IMG/VR virus record: IMGVR_UViG_3300045988_074841
Reading direction: 5' to 3' (one strand)
Length of the DNA: 64,000 bases
From: a virus
How positions within the stretch are numbered: the stretch's first letter is position 1; each line of letters begins with the position of its first letter. Of the stretch, positions 1-8,900 are shown piece after piece. The notes beneath the pieces are model-generated. The model saw nothing but the letters and a program-made list of their open reading frames with translations, did not search any database and was not told the DNA's origin. The position numbers and the translations under genes were made by a program.

Positions 1-2
1 AT

Positions 3-301
3 ATTACTGCTGCTGTAGCTCCAACACTTGATGCAGCTTATGTAAAGAACCTTGCTTCTTTCTGTTCTCAGAACCGTGGCTTCTCTAATGTATATCGTGA
101 TGGTGCTTCTATTTATCCAGGTTATCCTATGGAAGTAGAAGATAAGAACTACAAGATGTACTCAATCCAATTCAAGTATCCAAGAAAGTATGGTCGTACT
201 CGTGACGAAGCTCCTATTCAAGAGTTAGCTATTGTTGTTCCTACAGACAATGCTACACTTACTTATCTGCTTGATACTATTCTTGCGTTTAATAGGTATT
301 A
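3..301 (+). CDS. 3' end of an upstream virion-block gene (C-terminal 99 aa, ...NATLTYLLDTILAFNRY*); function unknown
   Basis: Open frame 3 runs from the window edge to TAG at 299-301; codon usage matches neighbours; followed immediately by a hairpin terminator. Confidence 0.5.
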
Positions 302-310
302 GTTGTTCAA

Positions 311-355
311 GGAGAACCTATCCATCTTCTACGGGGAGGTTCTCCTTTTTATTTT
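311..355 (+). terminator. Hairpin terminator (stem GGAGAACC/GGTTCTCC, T-run); loop carries a variant copy of the GC-rich element
   Basis: 8-bp stem 311-318/338-345 followed by TTTTTATTTT. Confidence 0.6.
326..339 (-). repeat. GC-rich element, variant copy (CTTCTACGGGGAGG) in terminator loop
   Basis: seen in sequence. Confidence 0.7.
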
Positions 356-359
356 CGTT

Positions 360-983
360 ATGGAAGAATTTAATCAAATCAATGATATAATAGCTGAATC
401 TATAAAAGATACTTCTTATATTACAGTGCTTATTAGTAGTGGAGTTTATCTTGCTTATACTCTTATTATTAAGCTTGTTGATTTGTTTAAAGCTAAAGAC
501 CGGAATAGACCTATCGTTGAAATGGCTGCTGCTGTAAAGCAAGTAAGCGAAAACGTAGTTAAACTTAATGGTGTCCTAGACAAAGCTTTTCAAGATGCTG
601 AGACTAAAGAACGAAATAAAGTAAAGAATGCTATTTGTACTTCTTTTGATAGTTTTAAATGGGCTGTTGCTAATACTTGTCACGAAATTATTATTCATAA
701 CAATATTGAACAGAATAAGGTATTGATAAAACAAAACTTATTCAAAGTGATTAGTACAGAGTATTATAAACTTTATAATGTTTTCTCTGCTTATGAATTG
801 GATGGAATTTGTGTAGCTACTAAACTAAAAGAAGAGTGGATTGATGCTGTAACTAATGAATGTCTTGCTATCATTTATGATGGTCAAGATTCTATAAATA
901 GAATTGGTCAAATAAGTAATAAACTACTTATTCTTACTAATGAATATTCTATATATATAAATAACAAAGTGTTTAATTATTAA
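360..983 (+). CDS. Hypothetical protein with N-terminal TM helix
   Basis: ORF track 303..983 starts at TTG inside the upstream terminator; first ATG at 360 (MEEFNQ...) is more plausible; hydrophobic segment ITVLISSGVYLAYTLIIKLV. Confidence 0.5.
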   Translation: MEEFNQINDIIAESIKDTSYITVLISSGVYLAYTLIIKLVDLFKAKDRNRPIVEMAAAVKQVSENVVKLNGVLDKAFQDAETKERNKVKNAICTSFDSFKWAVANTCHEIIIHNNIEQNKVLIKQNLFKVISTEYYKLYNVFSAYELDGICVATKLKEEWIDAVTNECLAIIYDGQDSINRIGQISNKLLILTNEYSIYINNKVFNY

Positions 984-995
984 TAAGATGTTCTT

Positions 996-1211
996 ATGAT
1001 AGATAAAAATGACACTATAAATAACCTTGAGAAGTTAGAGGAAGGAGTTGTTAAAACTCTTGAGTATCTAGCTGCTCAAGGTTTTATAGTTAATAGAGAT
1101 AAAGTACTTAAACTTACTACTATTAGTATGTACAAAGCAGTACTTAATAACTCTGATAAAATTAAAGGTTTTGATATTGCTAAGTTTAATAATAAAGTTA
1201 GATTGTTATGA
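996..1211 (+). CDS. Small hypothetical protein (71 aa)
   Basis: ATG ORF; stop/start overlap ATGA with next gene (translational coupling). Confidence 0.45.
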   Translation: MIDKNDTINNLEKLEEGVVKTLEYLAAQGFIVNRDKVLKLTTISMYKAVLNNSDKIKGFDIAKFNNKVRLL

Positions 1212-1501
1212 ACGATGAAGAAATTATTGTTCTTTCTATTCCTAAAGAATGGGAAGATACATATATAAAACTACTTACTGTCATTAGTCAATCTGGTGAA
1301 GCAATTCTTAATGATTGTTCTTATGGTTGTAAAGGTGATGGTAGTATAATGTTTAACTGTTGGAATATATTCCAAGCTGCTTGTGCTGCTCATGCTTTAG
1401 GTAATACTAAACGAGCTAATCTTTATATTGACTATGTAAACAAACAAATAGCTAATAAATTTGGAGAAGTAACTATTAAAACTAAAGAAGATGGAGAATA
1501 A
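1208..1501 (+). CDS. Small hypothetical protein (97 aa)
   Basis: ATG ORF, coupled to flanking genes. Confidence 0.45.
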   Translation: MNDEEIIVLSIPKEWEDTYIKLLTVISQSGEAILNDCSYGCKGDGSIMFNCWNIFQAACAAHALGNTKRANLYIDYVNKQIANKFGEVTIKTKEDGE

Positions 1502-1865
1502 GCAGTTAGATAATAAAGATTTGCTTATGAACAAGAAAGAAGAATTAATTTGGAAAGTAATAGACAATGTTATCAGTTGTTGTGCTGTTACTAGAATTGA
1601 TGGAACAAAGTCTATTACAAGAGAAGATGTAGTAGGAAAATCCAGAGAAGAAAATGTTGTATTAACTAGATGTCTTGTTGTTGAACAAATGGTTCATGCT
1701 GGATTTACAATTAGTACTATAGCTTTTATTCTAAATAGAATTGTTCAAGCTACTAGACATTTGCTTAAAATGAGTAATGACTATTATGAAAGTTCTAGAG
1801 CTTTTAGACTTGCTACTTCTGAAGCTACTCTCCTTAATAAGGATGTTGAGCCTATTTTCGTTTAA
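1491..1865 (+). CDS. Hypothetical protein (124 aa)
   Basis: ATG ORF overlapping previous stop; followed by terminator. Confidence 0.45.
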   Translation: MENKQLDNKDLLMNKKEELIWKVIDNVISCCAVTRIDGTKSITREDVVGKSREENVVLTRCLVVEQMVHAGFTISTIAFILNRIVQATRHLLKMSNDYYESSRAFRLATSEATLLNKDVEPIFV

Positions 1866-1913
1866 ATAGAAAATAAAAAGAAAATAAGTATCATAGTAGT
1901 GATGCAATTAATA

Positions 1914-1953
1914 AAGATGATAATTGGAGCAAAATCCGATTATCATCTTTTTG
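1914..1953 (+). terminator. Rho-independent terminator (11-bp stem AAGATGATAAT/ATTATCATCTT + T-run)
   Basis: Perfect inverted repeat 1914-1924/1939-1949 followed by TTTTTG. Confidence 0.65.
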
Positions 1954-1973
1954 CGTATAATGAAGTTTATGCT

Positions 1974-1981
1974 TATCTTTG
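1974..1981 (+). promoter_or_regulatory. Candidate Bacteroidetes-type -7 box TATCTTTG (TAnnTTTG) upstream of 2049 gene
   Basis: Exact match to TAnnTTTG consensus between terminator and next start; no expression data. Confidence 0.3.
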
Positions 1982-2048
1982 CAACGTACAAAATACTAGT
2001 TAATGTACTATTCGTTATTTTATTAATCTTAATAATCATTGTAAAGTT

Positions 2049-2978
2049 ATGGATGATTCTAAAATTTTTATGTTCCCTGATGGTGGAACTCGTCAGACTT
2101 CTAGTGATGTTAATAGTTTGCTTCCTTTACTTATGTGTAATGGAGGTCTTAACGGTGGCGGTAATTGGGTATGGATAATCTTCCTGTTCTTCCTCTATCC
2201 TCTTATGCGTAATGGTGGATTGTTTGGTAATATGGGTCAGAATGGTGGTGGTTGTCTTGGTCCTCTTGCTAATATGGTAAATAATAATGATGGTAGAGAC
2301 CTTATCATGCAAGCTATTAATGGTAACGGTGCTGCTGTTCAGAGATTAGCTACTATGTTTGGTACTAAAGTTGACATGATTCAATCAGCTATTTGCCAGA
2401 TTAATAATAGTGTTGCTCAAGTTGGTTGTAAGATTGATTCTTCTACTGGTGCTCTTCTTAATGCTGGTACTCAGAATACTATGACTCTTGCTAATCAGTT
2501 GGCTACTTGCTGCTGCAACTTGAAGAATGCTATTACTGAAGGTAATTATCAGAATCAGATTGCTACTATTCAGCAGACTGATACTATTAAGCAAAGTGTT
2601 GGTGATGTAGGTAGTGCTGTAAGCCGTGGATTCTCTGATGTAGGTTATGCTCTTCGTGACCAGACTTGCAACTTAGATAAATCTATTGATGGTGTTGGTG
2701 ATAGAATTATCGCTAGACTTGATGCTTCTGAAAAGTCTGCAATGCAGGATAAGATTAATGCTCTGCAAACTCAGTTAACTACTGAACATCAAAGTGGAGT
2801 AATTGCTCAGCAAATTGCTGCTGCTGTAAATCCTATTGCTCAGGCTGTAAATGAGATTAAGTGTGCTCAGCCTCAGACTGTAACAGTTCCTTATCAGCCA
2901 TTCCAAGCAATACCAAATTGTGTTGCTTATCAGTATGGTATGTATAACAATGGTAATCTTAATGGTTTTTGGCTTTAA
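2049..2978 (+). CDS. Gly/Asn-rich hypothetical virion protein with one TM-like segment (309 aa)
   Basis: ATG ORF; N-terminal GG repeats and hydrophobic WVWIIFLFFLYPLM; Gln/Ala-rich C-terminal half. Confidence 0.5.
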   Translation: MDDSKIFMFPDGGTRQTSSDVNSLLPLLMCNGGLNGGGNWVWIIFLFFLYPLMRNGGLFGNMGQNGGGCLGPLANMVNNNDGRDLIMQAINGNGAAVQRLATMFGTKVDMIQSAICQINNSVAQVGCKIDSSTGALLNAGTQNTMTLANQLATCCCNLKNAITEGNYQNQIATIQQTDTIKQSVGDVGSAVSRGFSDVGYALRDQTCNLDKSIDGVGDRIIARLDASEKSAMQDKINALQTQLTTEHQSGVIAQQIAAAVNPIAQAVNEIKCAQPQTVTVPYQPFQAIPNCVAYQYGMYNNGNLNGFWL

Positions 2979-2996
2979 ATTATAGGAGGTAATATT

Positions 2997-3314
2997 ATGG
3001 CTTCAAATAATGAATTCATTGGTAATCGTGGTGGTATACCTTTAGTAGCTGCTACTCAAACGACTGCTGGCAGTACTACTGCTAATGCTGTTTTTAGTAT
3101 GCCTAATCATACTTTCAGAGCTATGGGAGTTGCTGGTATAATGGTAATTAATTTTAATGCAGCTACAACTACTGCAACTGGTTTTGAAATTATGATTAAT
3201 AATATCACTCTTCCTCTCTTGGCAAGTAATGGAGAAGCTCTTACTGCTCTTACAGAAGGTCTTCACATTATAGTATTTGATAAACAAAATAATAAACTTC
3301 AACTCATAGTATAA
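2997..3314 (+). CDS. Hypothetical protein (105 aa)
   Basis: ATG preceded by strong SD-like AGGAGG (2985-2990). Confidence 0.55.
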   Translation: MASNNEFIGNRGGIPLVAATQTTAGSTTANAVFSMPNHTFRAMGVAGIMVINFNAATTTATGFEIMINNITLPLLASNGEALTALTEGLHIIVFDKQNNKLQLIV

Positions 3315-3787
3315 TGTTTTCAGGTCTTAATCAAGGTAGTCGAGTTTATATTCTAAACAAGACTAATGGTATAGAATTTAAGATTGGAGAAATTGTTGGA
3401 ACTACTACACCTGTATTTGCTACTGATGGTACTAACATGATGGTTGTAAATTTAAAGGTTAAAGTAGATGGTAGTAACGTTGATTACAATAATATTCCAG
3501 CTAATAACACTTCTGTTAGTTATAACAATGGTAATCTTATTATTGCTGAAAGTAAACAAACTATCCAATCTGAAGTAGAAGCTACTCTGCAACATGCTAA
3601 TTATGTCGTAGAACATATTGAAGATTATAAAAATCAAATAACTAAATGTGAAGAAGTTCTTAAAGAACTTAATCCTCAATTTGCTAAAGATAAAGCACGT
3701 GACGAAAGAATAGCAGGTATCGAAACTGAAGTTGCTGGAATAAAAGGCGATATAGCTAAAATTCTAGCTGCTGTAACTAAAAATTAA
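3314..3787 (+). CDS. Hypothetical protein (157 aa), C-terminal coiled-coil-like
   Basis: TAATG stop/start overlap with previous gene. Confidence 0.5.
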   Translation: MFSGLNQGSRVYILNKTNGIEFKIGEIVGTTTPVFATDGTNMMVVNLKVKVDGSNVDYNNIPANNTSVSYNNGNLIIAESKQTIQSEVEATLQHANYVVEHIEDYKNQITKCEEVLKELNPQFAKDKARDERIAGIETEVAGIKGDIAKILAAVTKN

Positions 3788-3791
3788 AATT

Positions 3792-4025
3792 ATGATAATC
3801 ATGGTACAACGTAATATGAATAAGTCTGAACTTAAAGAAAAGATTAGACGTATGAAGATGGAAATTCAAGAACTCGAAGAGTGTCTTGATAAGTATGAAG
3901 AAAGGGATAATCGTTATGACGATGACCCTCAGTATAGAAGTCGTAATCCTTATGACGATGAAGAACGTTATCACGAAAGAGAAGAATATGGGCATCGTGA
4001 GCGTGGTCGTTATGGACGTTATTAA
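3792..4025 (+). CDS. Small highly charged protein (77 aa; C-terminal R/E/Y-rich RNPYDDEERYHEREEYGHRERGRYGRY)
   Basis: ATG ORF immediately followed by composite hairpin element. Confidence 0.4.
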   Translation: MIIMVQRNMNKSELKEKIRRMKMEIQELEECLDKYEERDNRYDDDPQYRSRNPYDDEERYHEREEYGHRERGRYGRY

Positions 4026-4033
4026 TATGAAAT

Positions 4034-4095
4034 CCGCCCCGTAGAAGAGTGTAGTGGTAAGTCTTCTCTAACCATGCCTTCTACGGGGCGTTTAT
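4034..4095 (+). terminator. Composite hairpin: inverted pair of the GC-rich element (CCGCCCCGTAGAAG ... CTTCTACGGGGCG) with ~30-nt loop, then TTTAT
   Basis: Element copies at 4034-4047 and 4078-4090; loop similar to that of the 15866 element. Confidence 0.6.
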
Positions 4096-4108
4096 AATAA
4101 CTAAGCTT

Positions 4109-4531
4109 ATGTATAAAGAAGGTTTTGATGTTTATGATGAACTTCCTGAAGATATGGTTGTTTATCTTCGTTATAATGGTAGACATTTTAATCGTAAACT
4201 AGTTGAGTTTGCAACTAGTAAAATGACTACTAGAGATAGTAACGGAACAGAAATAGCTCTTGAACCTATAACAAGAGAACAGTTAGATAACATGATGAAA
4301 CAATCGAATGTTCATTTAACTAATAATGATAATCCTTATGATGCAGTATTTGTAGCTAATATGTGTAAAGCTGATTACTTAGGTAGTAGTGTTCCTGATG
4401 GATTGCATTTGTGTCTATATGTAAAAGATGTAATAGATGATGTTGATGGTTATGATGGAATAGCTTTTAATCGTTGGTATGCAGACATGTGTCGTAAAGG
4501 TATTCAAATTGATTGGTATAATTGTCGATAA
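4109..4531 (+). CDS. Hypothetical protein (140 aa) in a single-gene, terminator-flanked unit (moron-like)
   Basis: ATG ORF with terminators on both sides (4034-4095 and 4544-4585). Confidence 0.5.
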   Translation: MYKEGFDVYDELPEDMVVYLRYNGRHFNRKLVEFATSKMTTRDSNGTEIALEPITREQLDNMMKQSNVHLTNNDNPYDAVFVANMCKADYLGSSVPDGLHLCLYVKDVIDDVDGYDGIAFNRWYADMCRKGIQIDWYNCR

Positions 4532-4543
4532 CATTAATAATTT

Positions 4544-4585
4544 GAAGCAGCTAGTATTAATATAAATATTGGCTGCTTTAATTGT
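4544..4585 (+). terminator. Hairpin terminator (GAAGCAGC/GCTGCTT)
   Basis: 7-8-bp stem with AT-rich loop, T-rich tail. Confidence 0.45.
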
Positions 4586-4651
4586 GTTAATTAATATATA
4601 GTTACTGCTGATATTGCTAATAAAAAACTATATTTGCAGCAATTAAAGATA

Positions 4652-4978
4652 ATGATAATGGAAATGATAAATCAAATAATACAACAAGTAATAAATAGTT
4701 TTGATTTTACTTATTGTATAGTAGTTAATGTTTTAACTTATTTGCTAGTTACTGTACTTATTTATCTTTGTCGTGGTAATGTAACTAGAACAATTAAGAA
4801 ACTTACATTGCTTTTTAGTATAGTAATTGTTAGTGTTATATATTATGCTATCGGTATTGATGTAAAACTTATTGTAAATAGTTCTATACTTGCTCCTGTA
4901 AGTTGGACTTGGATTATTAAACCAATCTTATCTAAGTTTGGTTATGATTATAAGAATATTGATAATAAAATAAATTGA
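4652..4978 (+). CDS. Small membrane protein (2-3 predicted TM helices)
   Basis: ORF track 4634 start is TTG; first ATG at 4652; candidate -7 box TATATTTG at 4629-4636; strongly hydrophobic sequence. Confidence 0.45.
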   Translation: MIMEMINQIIQQVINSFDFTYCIVVNVLTYLLVTVLIYLCRGNVTRTIKKLTLLFSIVIVSVIYYAIGIDVKLIVNSSILAPVSWTWIIKPILSKFGYDYKNIDNKIN

Positions 4979-4979
4979 T

Positions 4980-5594
4980 ATGGATAAGGTAAAAATAAAT
5001 AAAGTTATTGACGCTTTAGGTCTTTCTCTTGATAATAAGAATATTCTTAAAGCAGCTCTTAATCAAAAAAGTGAAGCTGATATAACTGAAATAGAAACTA
5101 AAGTTGATACTATTGATAAAGAGCTTAATACTGCAAAAGCTGATATTAGTAATTTAGGAGTTAAAGTTAATGACTTCATTAATGCTAATGAAATTATCGA
5201 ACTTGGTGTAGGTATCGACGAAGAAACTAAAGCTAATAATATTGCTAAACTTGGTGACACTCAACATACATTTATTACCAGTATTAATCATGCTTATGGC
5301 ACAGCAAGTTGGATTCCTACTGATGGAGGTAATGCTTTTATTATAACAGATGAAGGTCACGCTGTAACATACAAAATTAGTACTGATGGTGGTGTTACTA
5401 AAGTTAGCGAGTTTACATTAGCTAAACCTAAAGAGTATACTTTACCTGCTGCTACTAAGACAACTCTTGGTGGAGTTAAAGCTATTACAAACATAGTAAA
5501 TGTTGATACTGAAACTGCAACTGTTGCAAGTCTTGCTGGCGTTGTCAACACTCTACTTAATCAACTTAGAGCTGCTGGTATTATTAAATTATAA
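4980..5594 (+). CDS. Putative tail fibre/head fibre-like protein (204 aa)
   Basis: C-terminal PAATKTTLGGVKA...VASLAGVVNTLLNQL resembles phage tail-fibre repeat motifs (ATTT..G.VK); N-terminal coiled coil. Confidence 0.45.
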   Translation: MDKVKINKVIDALGLSLDNKNILKAALNQKSEADITEIETKVDTIDKELNTAKADISNLGVKVNDFINANEIIELGVGIDEETKANNIAKLGDTQHTFITSINHAYGTASWIPTDGGNAFIITDEGHAVTYKISTDGGVTKVSEFTLAKPKEYTLPAATKTTLGGVKAITNIVNVDTETATVASLAGVVNTLLNQLRAAGIIKL

Positions 5595-5633
5595 AATACC
5601 CTTGCTTCTTGCGATGCTAGATGTGTGTCCGTG

Positions 5634-5667
5634 ACCCTCAAGGCTAGAGATTAGTCTTGGGGGTTTT
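5634..5667 (+). terminator. Hairpin terminator candidate (ACCCTCAAG/CTTGGGGGT + TTT)
   Basis: 9-bp stem with one G-U pair, 13-nt loop, short T-run. Confidence 0.4.
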
Positions 5668-5850
5668 ACGTATAATGCAGACGTTAAAATTTTATTTAAG
5701 ATTTTTATTTCTTTGAAATTTACGTTCTAAGCGACTTTTGGTCAATTTATGATTAACTAATAACGGACGTATATCAAGCATACTCAGAAGCTAAATAAAG
5801 TGGGTATATGGCAATGTTTATATCAAAGTTTGATAAGCTAAAATATAAAT

Positions 5851-5935
5851 AAAGGAGGAGGCATATATAACTAAATTATTAACCTGATTGAGGTTTAAGT
5901 TACTAAGTATTTTGACATGAAAGTCCTCCTCCTTT
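5851..5935 (+). promoter_or_regulatory. Long-range inverted repeat AAAGGAGGAGG ... CCTCCTCCTTT (11 bp, 63-nt loop) in the 363-bp leader of the tail-fibre gene
   Basis: Perfect 11-bp arms 5851-5861/5925-5935; loop contains TTGACA-like hexamer and a mini-ORF MKVLLLLLI. Confidence 0.4.
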
Positions 5936-5957
5936 TACTAATATAATTAATAATAAT

Positions 5958-8900
5958 ATGAGTAAAATTCCTGCTATTAATGAGATAGACGCAAATAGTC
6001 CTTCTCAAGAGTCTACAGAAGTTGTAGTTAAAGCTACTACAGTAACTCCTGATATTAATGAAATCCAGGAAACTATTAGTGGTTCTGCAACTATTCAAGA
6101 GATTGATGGTACTCGTAAACCTACAATTAGTGAGATTTATAAGATTGTTAACGATGGACTATTTGAATCTACAACTAATTGGTGGGATTACGCATATAAA
6201 CTTTCTCAAGCTCAACTTAATCAAGATATTATTTCTCGTCTTGATAATGGTGTTATTGGTGGTGGTTATAGTAAAGGTGTTGATATTATAACTACTACTA
6301 GTAATAAACTTCCTAGTAACACTAATGTTTATTCTGCATTAAAGAGCGATTCTCTTTATCCTAAGAAATTAAATGATGAAGTTATTAATGGAATATATGA
6401 TTTTCTTAATGGAATAACTATTGGTAAACCTACTTCTTATACAGGAGGTACTTGGTCTGTAGACCAAATAGGTAAGACACATCTTACTACAGATTATCTT
6501 TATGTTCGTCTTAAAGCTATATTTGAAACTCTTCAAATACTTAATGTTGATACTATTGGTGGTAAGTTAGTTATTTCTCCTGCCGGTAGTATTAGAGTTG
6601 CTTATGTAGATAGAATTAAAATTGATGCTCCAGTATTTACTCATAATGAAGAAACTGATGTTTGGAGTATTTCTCAAGTAGAAGATGAAGAAGGTAATCT
6701 TGTAAATGAAACTCTTAATCAAGAAATTTATCGTTGTTATTTTCTTGGTGAACAAGATGGTGAAGAAATAGATAATAAATGGAAAGTTGGTGATCAAGCT
6801 CAAGCTAAAACTTTCAATGTTAAGAAAGGTACTTATCATAAAGTAGAAAATAGTTATCTTTGGAGACTTGTAGTTAATGTTAGTTCTAATACTGTAGATA
6901 TTGATGGTAAGAAATATCATTATGTTGATTTAAGTCAAATTGATTTTGACTCTGGTTCTGATGCTCCTGCTCCAGGAGATATTCTTAATCAATTAGGACA
7001 TAGATTAAATGATGCTCAACGTCAAACAGCTTTAGTTCTTAATGCTGTTGATAATTATGCTCCTAGTATTACTCTTTATGCTGGAGTAAATTATTATACT
7101 TTACTCAATAAAGAGTATGTAGAATTTGGTGTTTATAATGGTAAAGCTTTCTTCAATGTATATGGCGATATGTATATTGGAGATAAAGGTGAGAATCCTA
7201 AAACTTATATTAAATATAAGAACGGTAAGATTAATATTAAAGCTAATCTTGAAATAGGTTCTAGTATTGGAGATAAAAATCTTGACCAATATATTAAAGA
7301 AAATGGCGGAGTTGATGAAGAAACTGTAAAGAATCTTATTAATAATGCTCAAGTAATTATAGACCTTCAAAATCAAGCTGATGGTGCTATTGAAACTTGG
7401 TTTTATGAAGGTGTACCTACTCTTGATAATCTTCCTGCTGTAGATTGGAATACTAACAAATTAAAGAAGATACATATAGGTGATTTGTATTATGACCAAA
7501 CTACTGGTTATGCTTATCGTTTTACTAAATATAATGATGATGTTAATTCTTATCGTTGGAATCGTATTAAGGATAACGATATTGTTACTGCACTTGAAGC
7601 TGCCAATCATGCTCAAGCTACAGCTGATGGTAAAATGAAAGTATTCTATGGTGAGACTAAACCTACTAATTATAAAGTTGGTGATATGTGGGTTAATGCT
7701 ACTCTTGAAGGAAAGTTTAATAATGATATAGCTAGAGCTGTTGCAGATAATGAAACTTTCAATGCTAATGATTGGGTTTTAGCTTCTCGTTATTCTGAAG
7801 CTATCGCTACTATTCAAAAGTGGACTAATGAATATGAAACTAAGTTTGGTGATCTTGCTAAGGAAGTTAAAAATCAAAAAGACCAAAGTATTATTGTTTG
7901 GTATCTAGAATATGAACCTACTGTAGATAATGCTCCTGCTAATACTTGGAATACTGAAACTCTTCGTTCAGAACATATTGGTGATATAGTTTATGATATT
8001 AAAAATAATCATTCTTATCGTTGGACTGGTACTGTTTGGATACAAATAAAAGATGCTGACTTTAATGAAGCTATGAAAGCTGCTAAAGCTGCTGACGATA
8101 AAGCTGGAGCTGCTGGAGATTTAGCTGATAGTAAGCGTCGTATATTCTATTCTGATACTACTCCTACTAAACCTTTTGATAAAGGCGATTTATGGATTAA
8201 ACAAGTTAAGGATAAAACTGAAACTTGGGTTTATAATGGAACTGATTGGGTTAAATCTGAAGATAAAGATTTAGCTGATTTTAGTGAAGCTATAAATGAA
8301 GAACTTGGTGGTATTAAAGATCAGCTTGATGGTAAAGCTGAAATTTGGTATCAAGTAGATGACCCTAGTAAATCATGGACTGATAAATCTGTTCATGAAG
8401 GCGACATTTGGTATAATACTACTTATGGTACTACTAATTATTGGAATGGTAGTGCTTGGGAACAAATGGATATTCCTAAAGATGTATTTGATACTATAGA
8501 TGGTAAGTCTTCTATATTTGTAGATTCTTATGATGATGCTAAAGCTGGAACTGGTGTTATATGTAAAGGTTATAAAGAACGTGACCTTTGGATTCTTCCT
8601 GAAGATGCTACTGTTAATGGTGTTAAGTATTATAAAGGAGATATGCTTACTGCTGTTTCTAATAATACAAACTTTGACGAAACTAATTGGAAAAAGAAAG
8701 TTCGTTATGTTGGGCAAGCTGAATTAACTAGTGCTATTGATATAGTAAACGATAAGATTAATACTATCAATAATACAACAATTCCTGGTATTAATAATAA
8801 GTTTAATGAGTTTGTTAAAGATGGAGTACTTGATTCTTCTGAGAAAGCTAGACTTACTGACTTATTAAATCAAGCTAATAATGAAGTTGCTGCTGTTGTA

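Noticed and set aside
303-983. ORF-track start coordinates at 303, 4634 and 17529
   Set aside because: These begin at TTG codons (the track allows alternative starts). At 303 the TTG lies inside the upstream terminator hairpin. The nearest in-frame ATGs (360, 4652, 17538) were used instead.
1924-2178. 84-aa ORF overlapping terminator/promoter region and start of the 2049 gene
   Set aside because: It begins inside the 1914-1953 terminator and overlaps the better-supported 2049..2978 ORF in another frame, with a hydrophobic low-complexity product.
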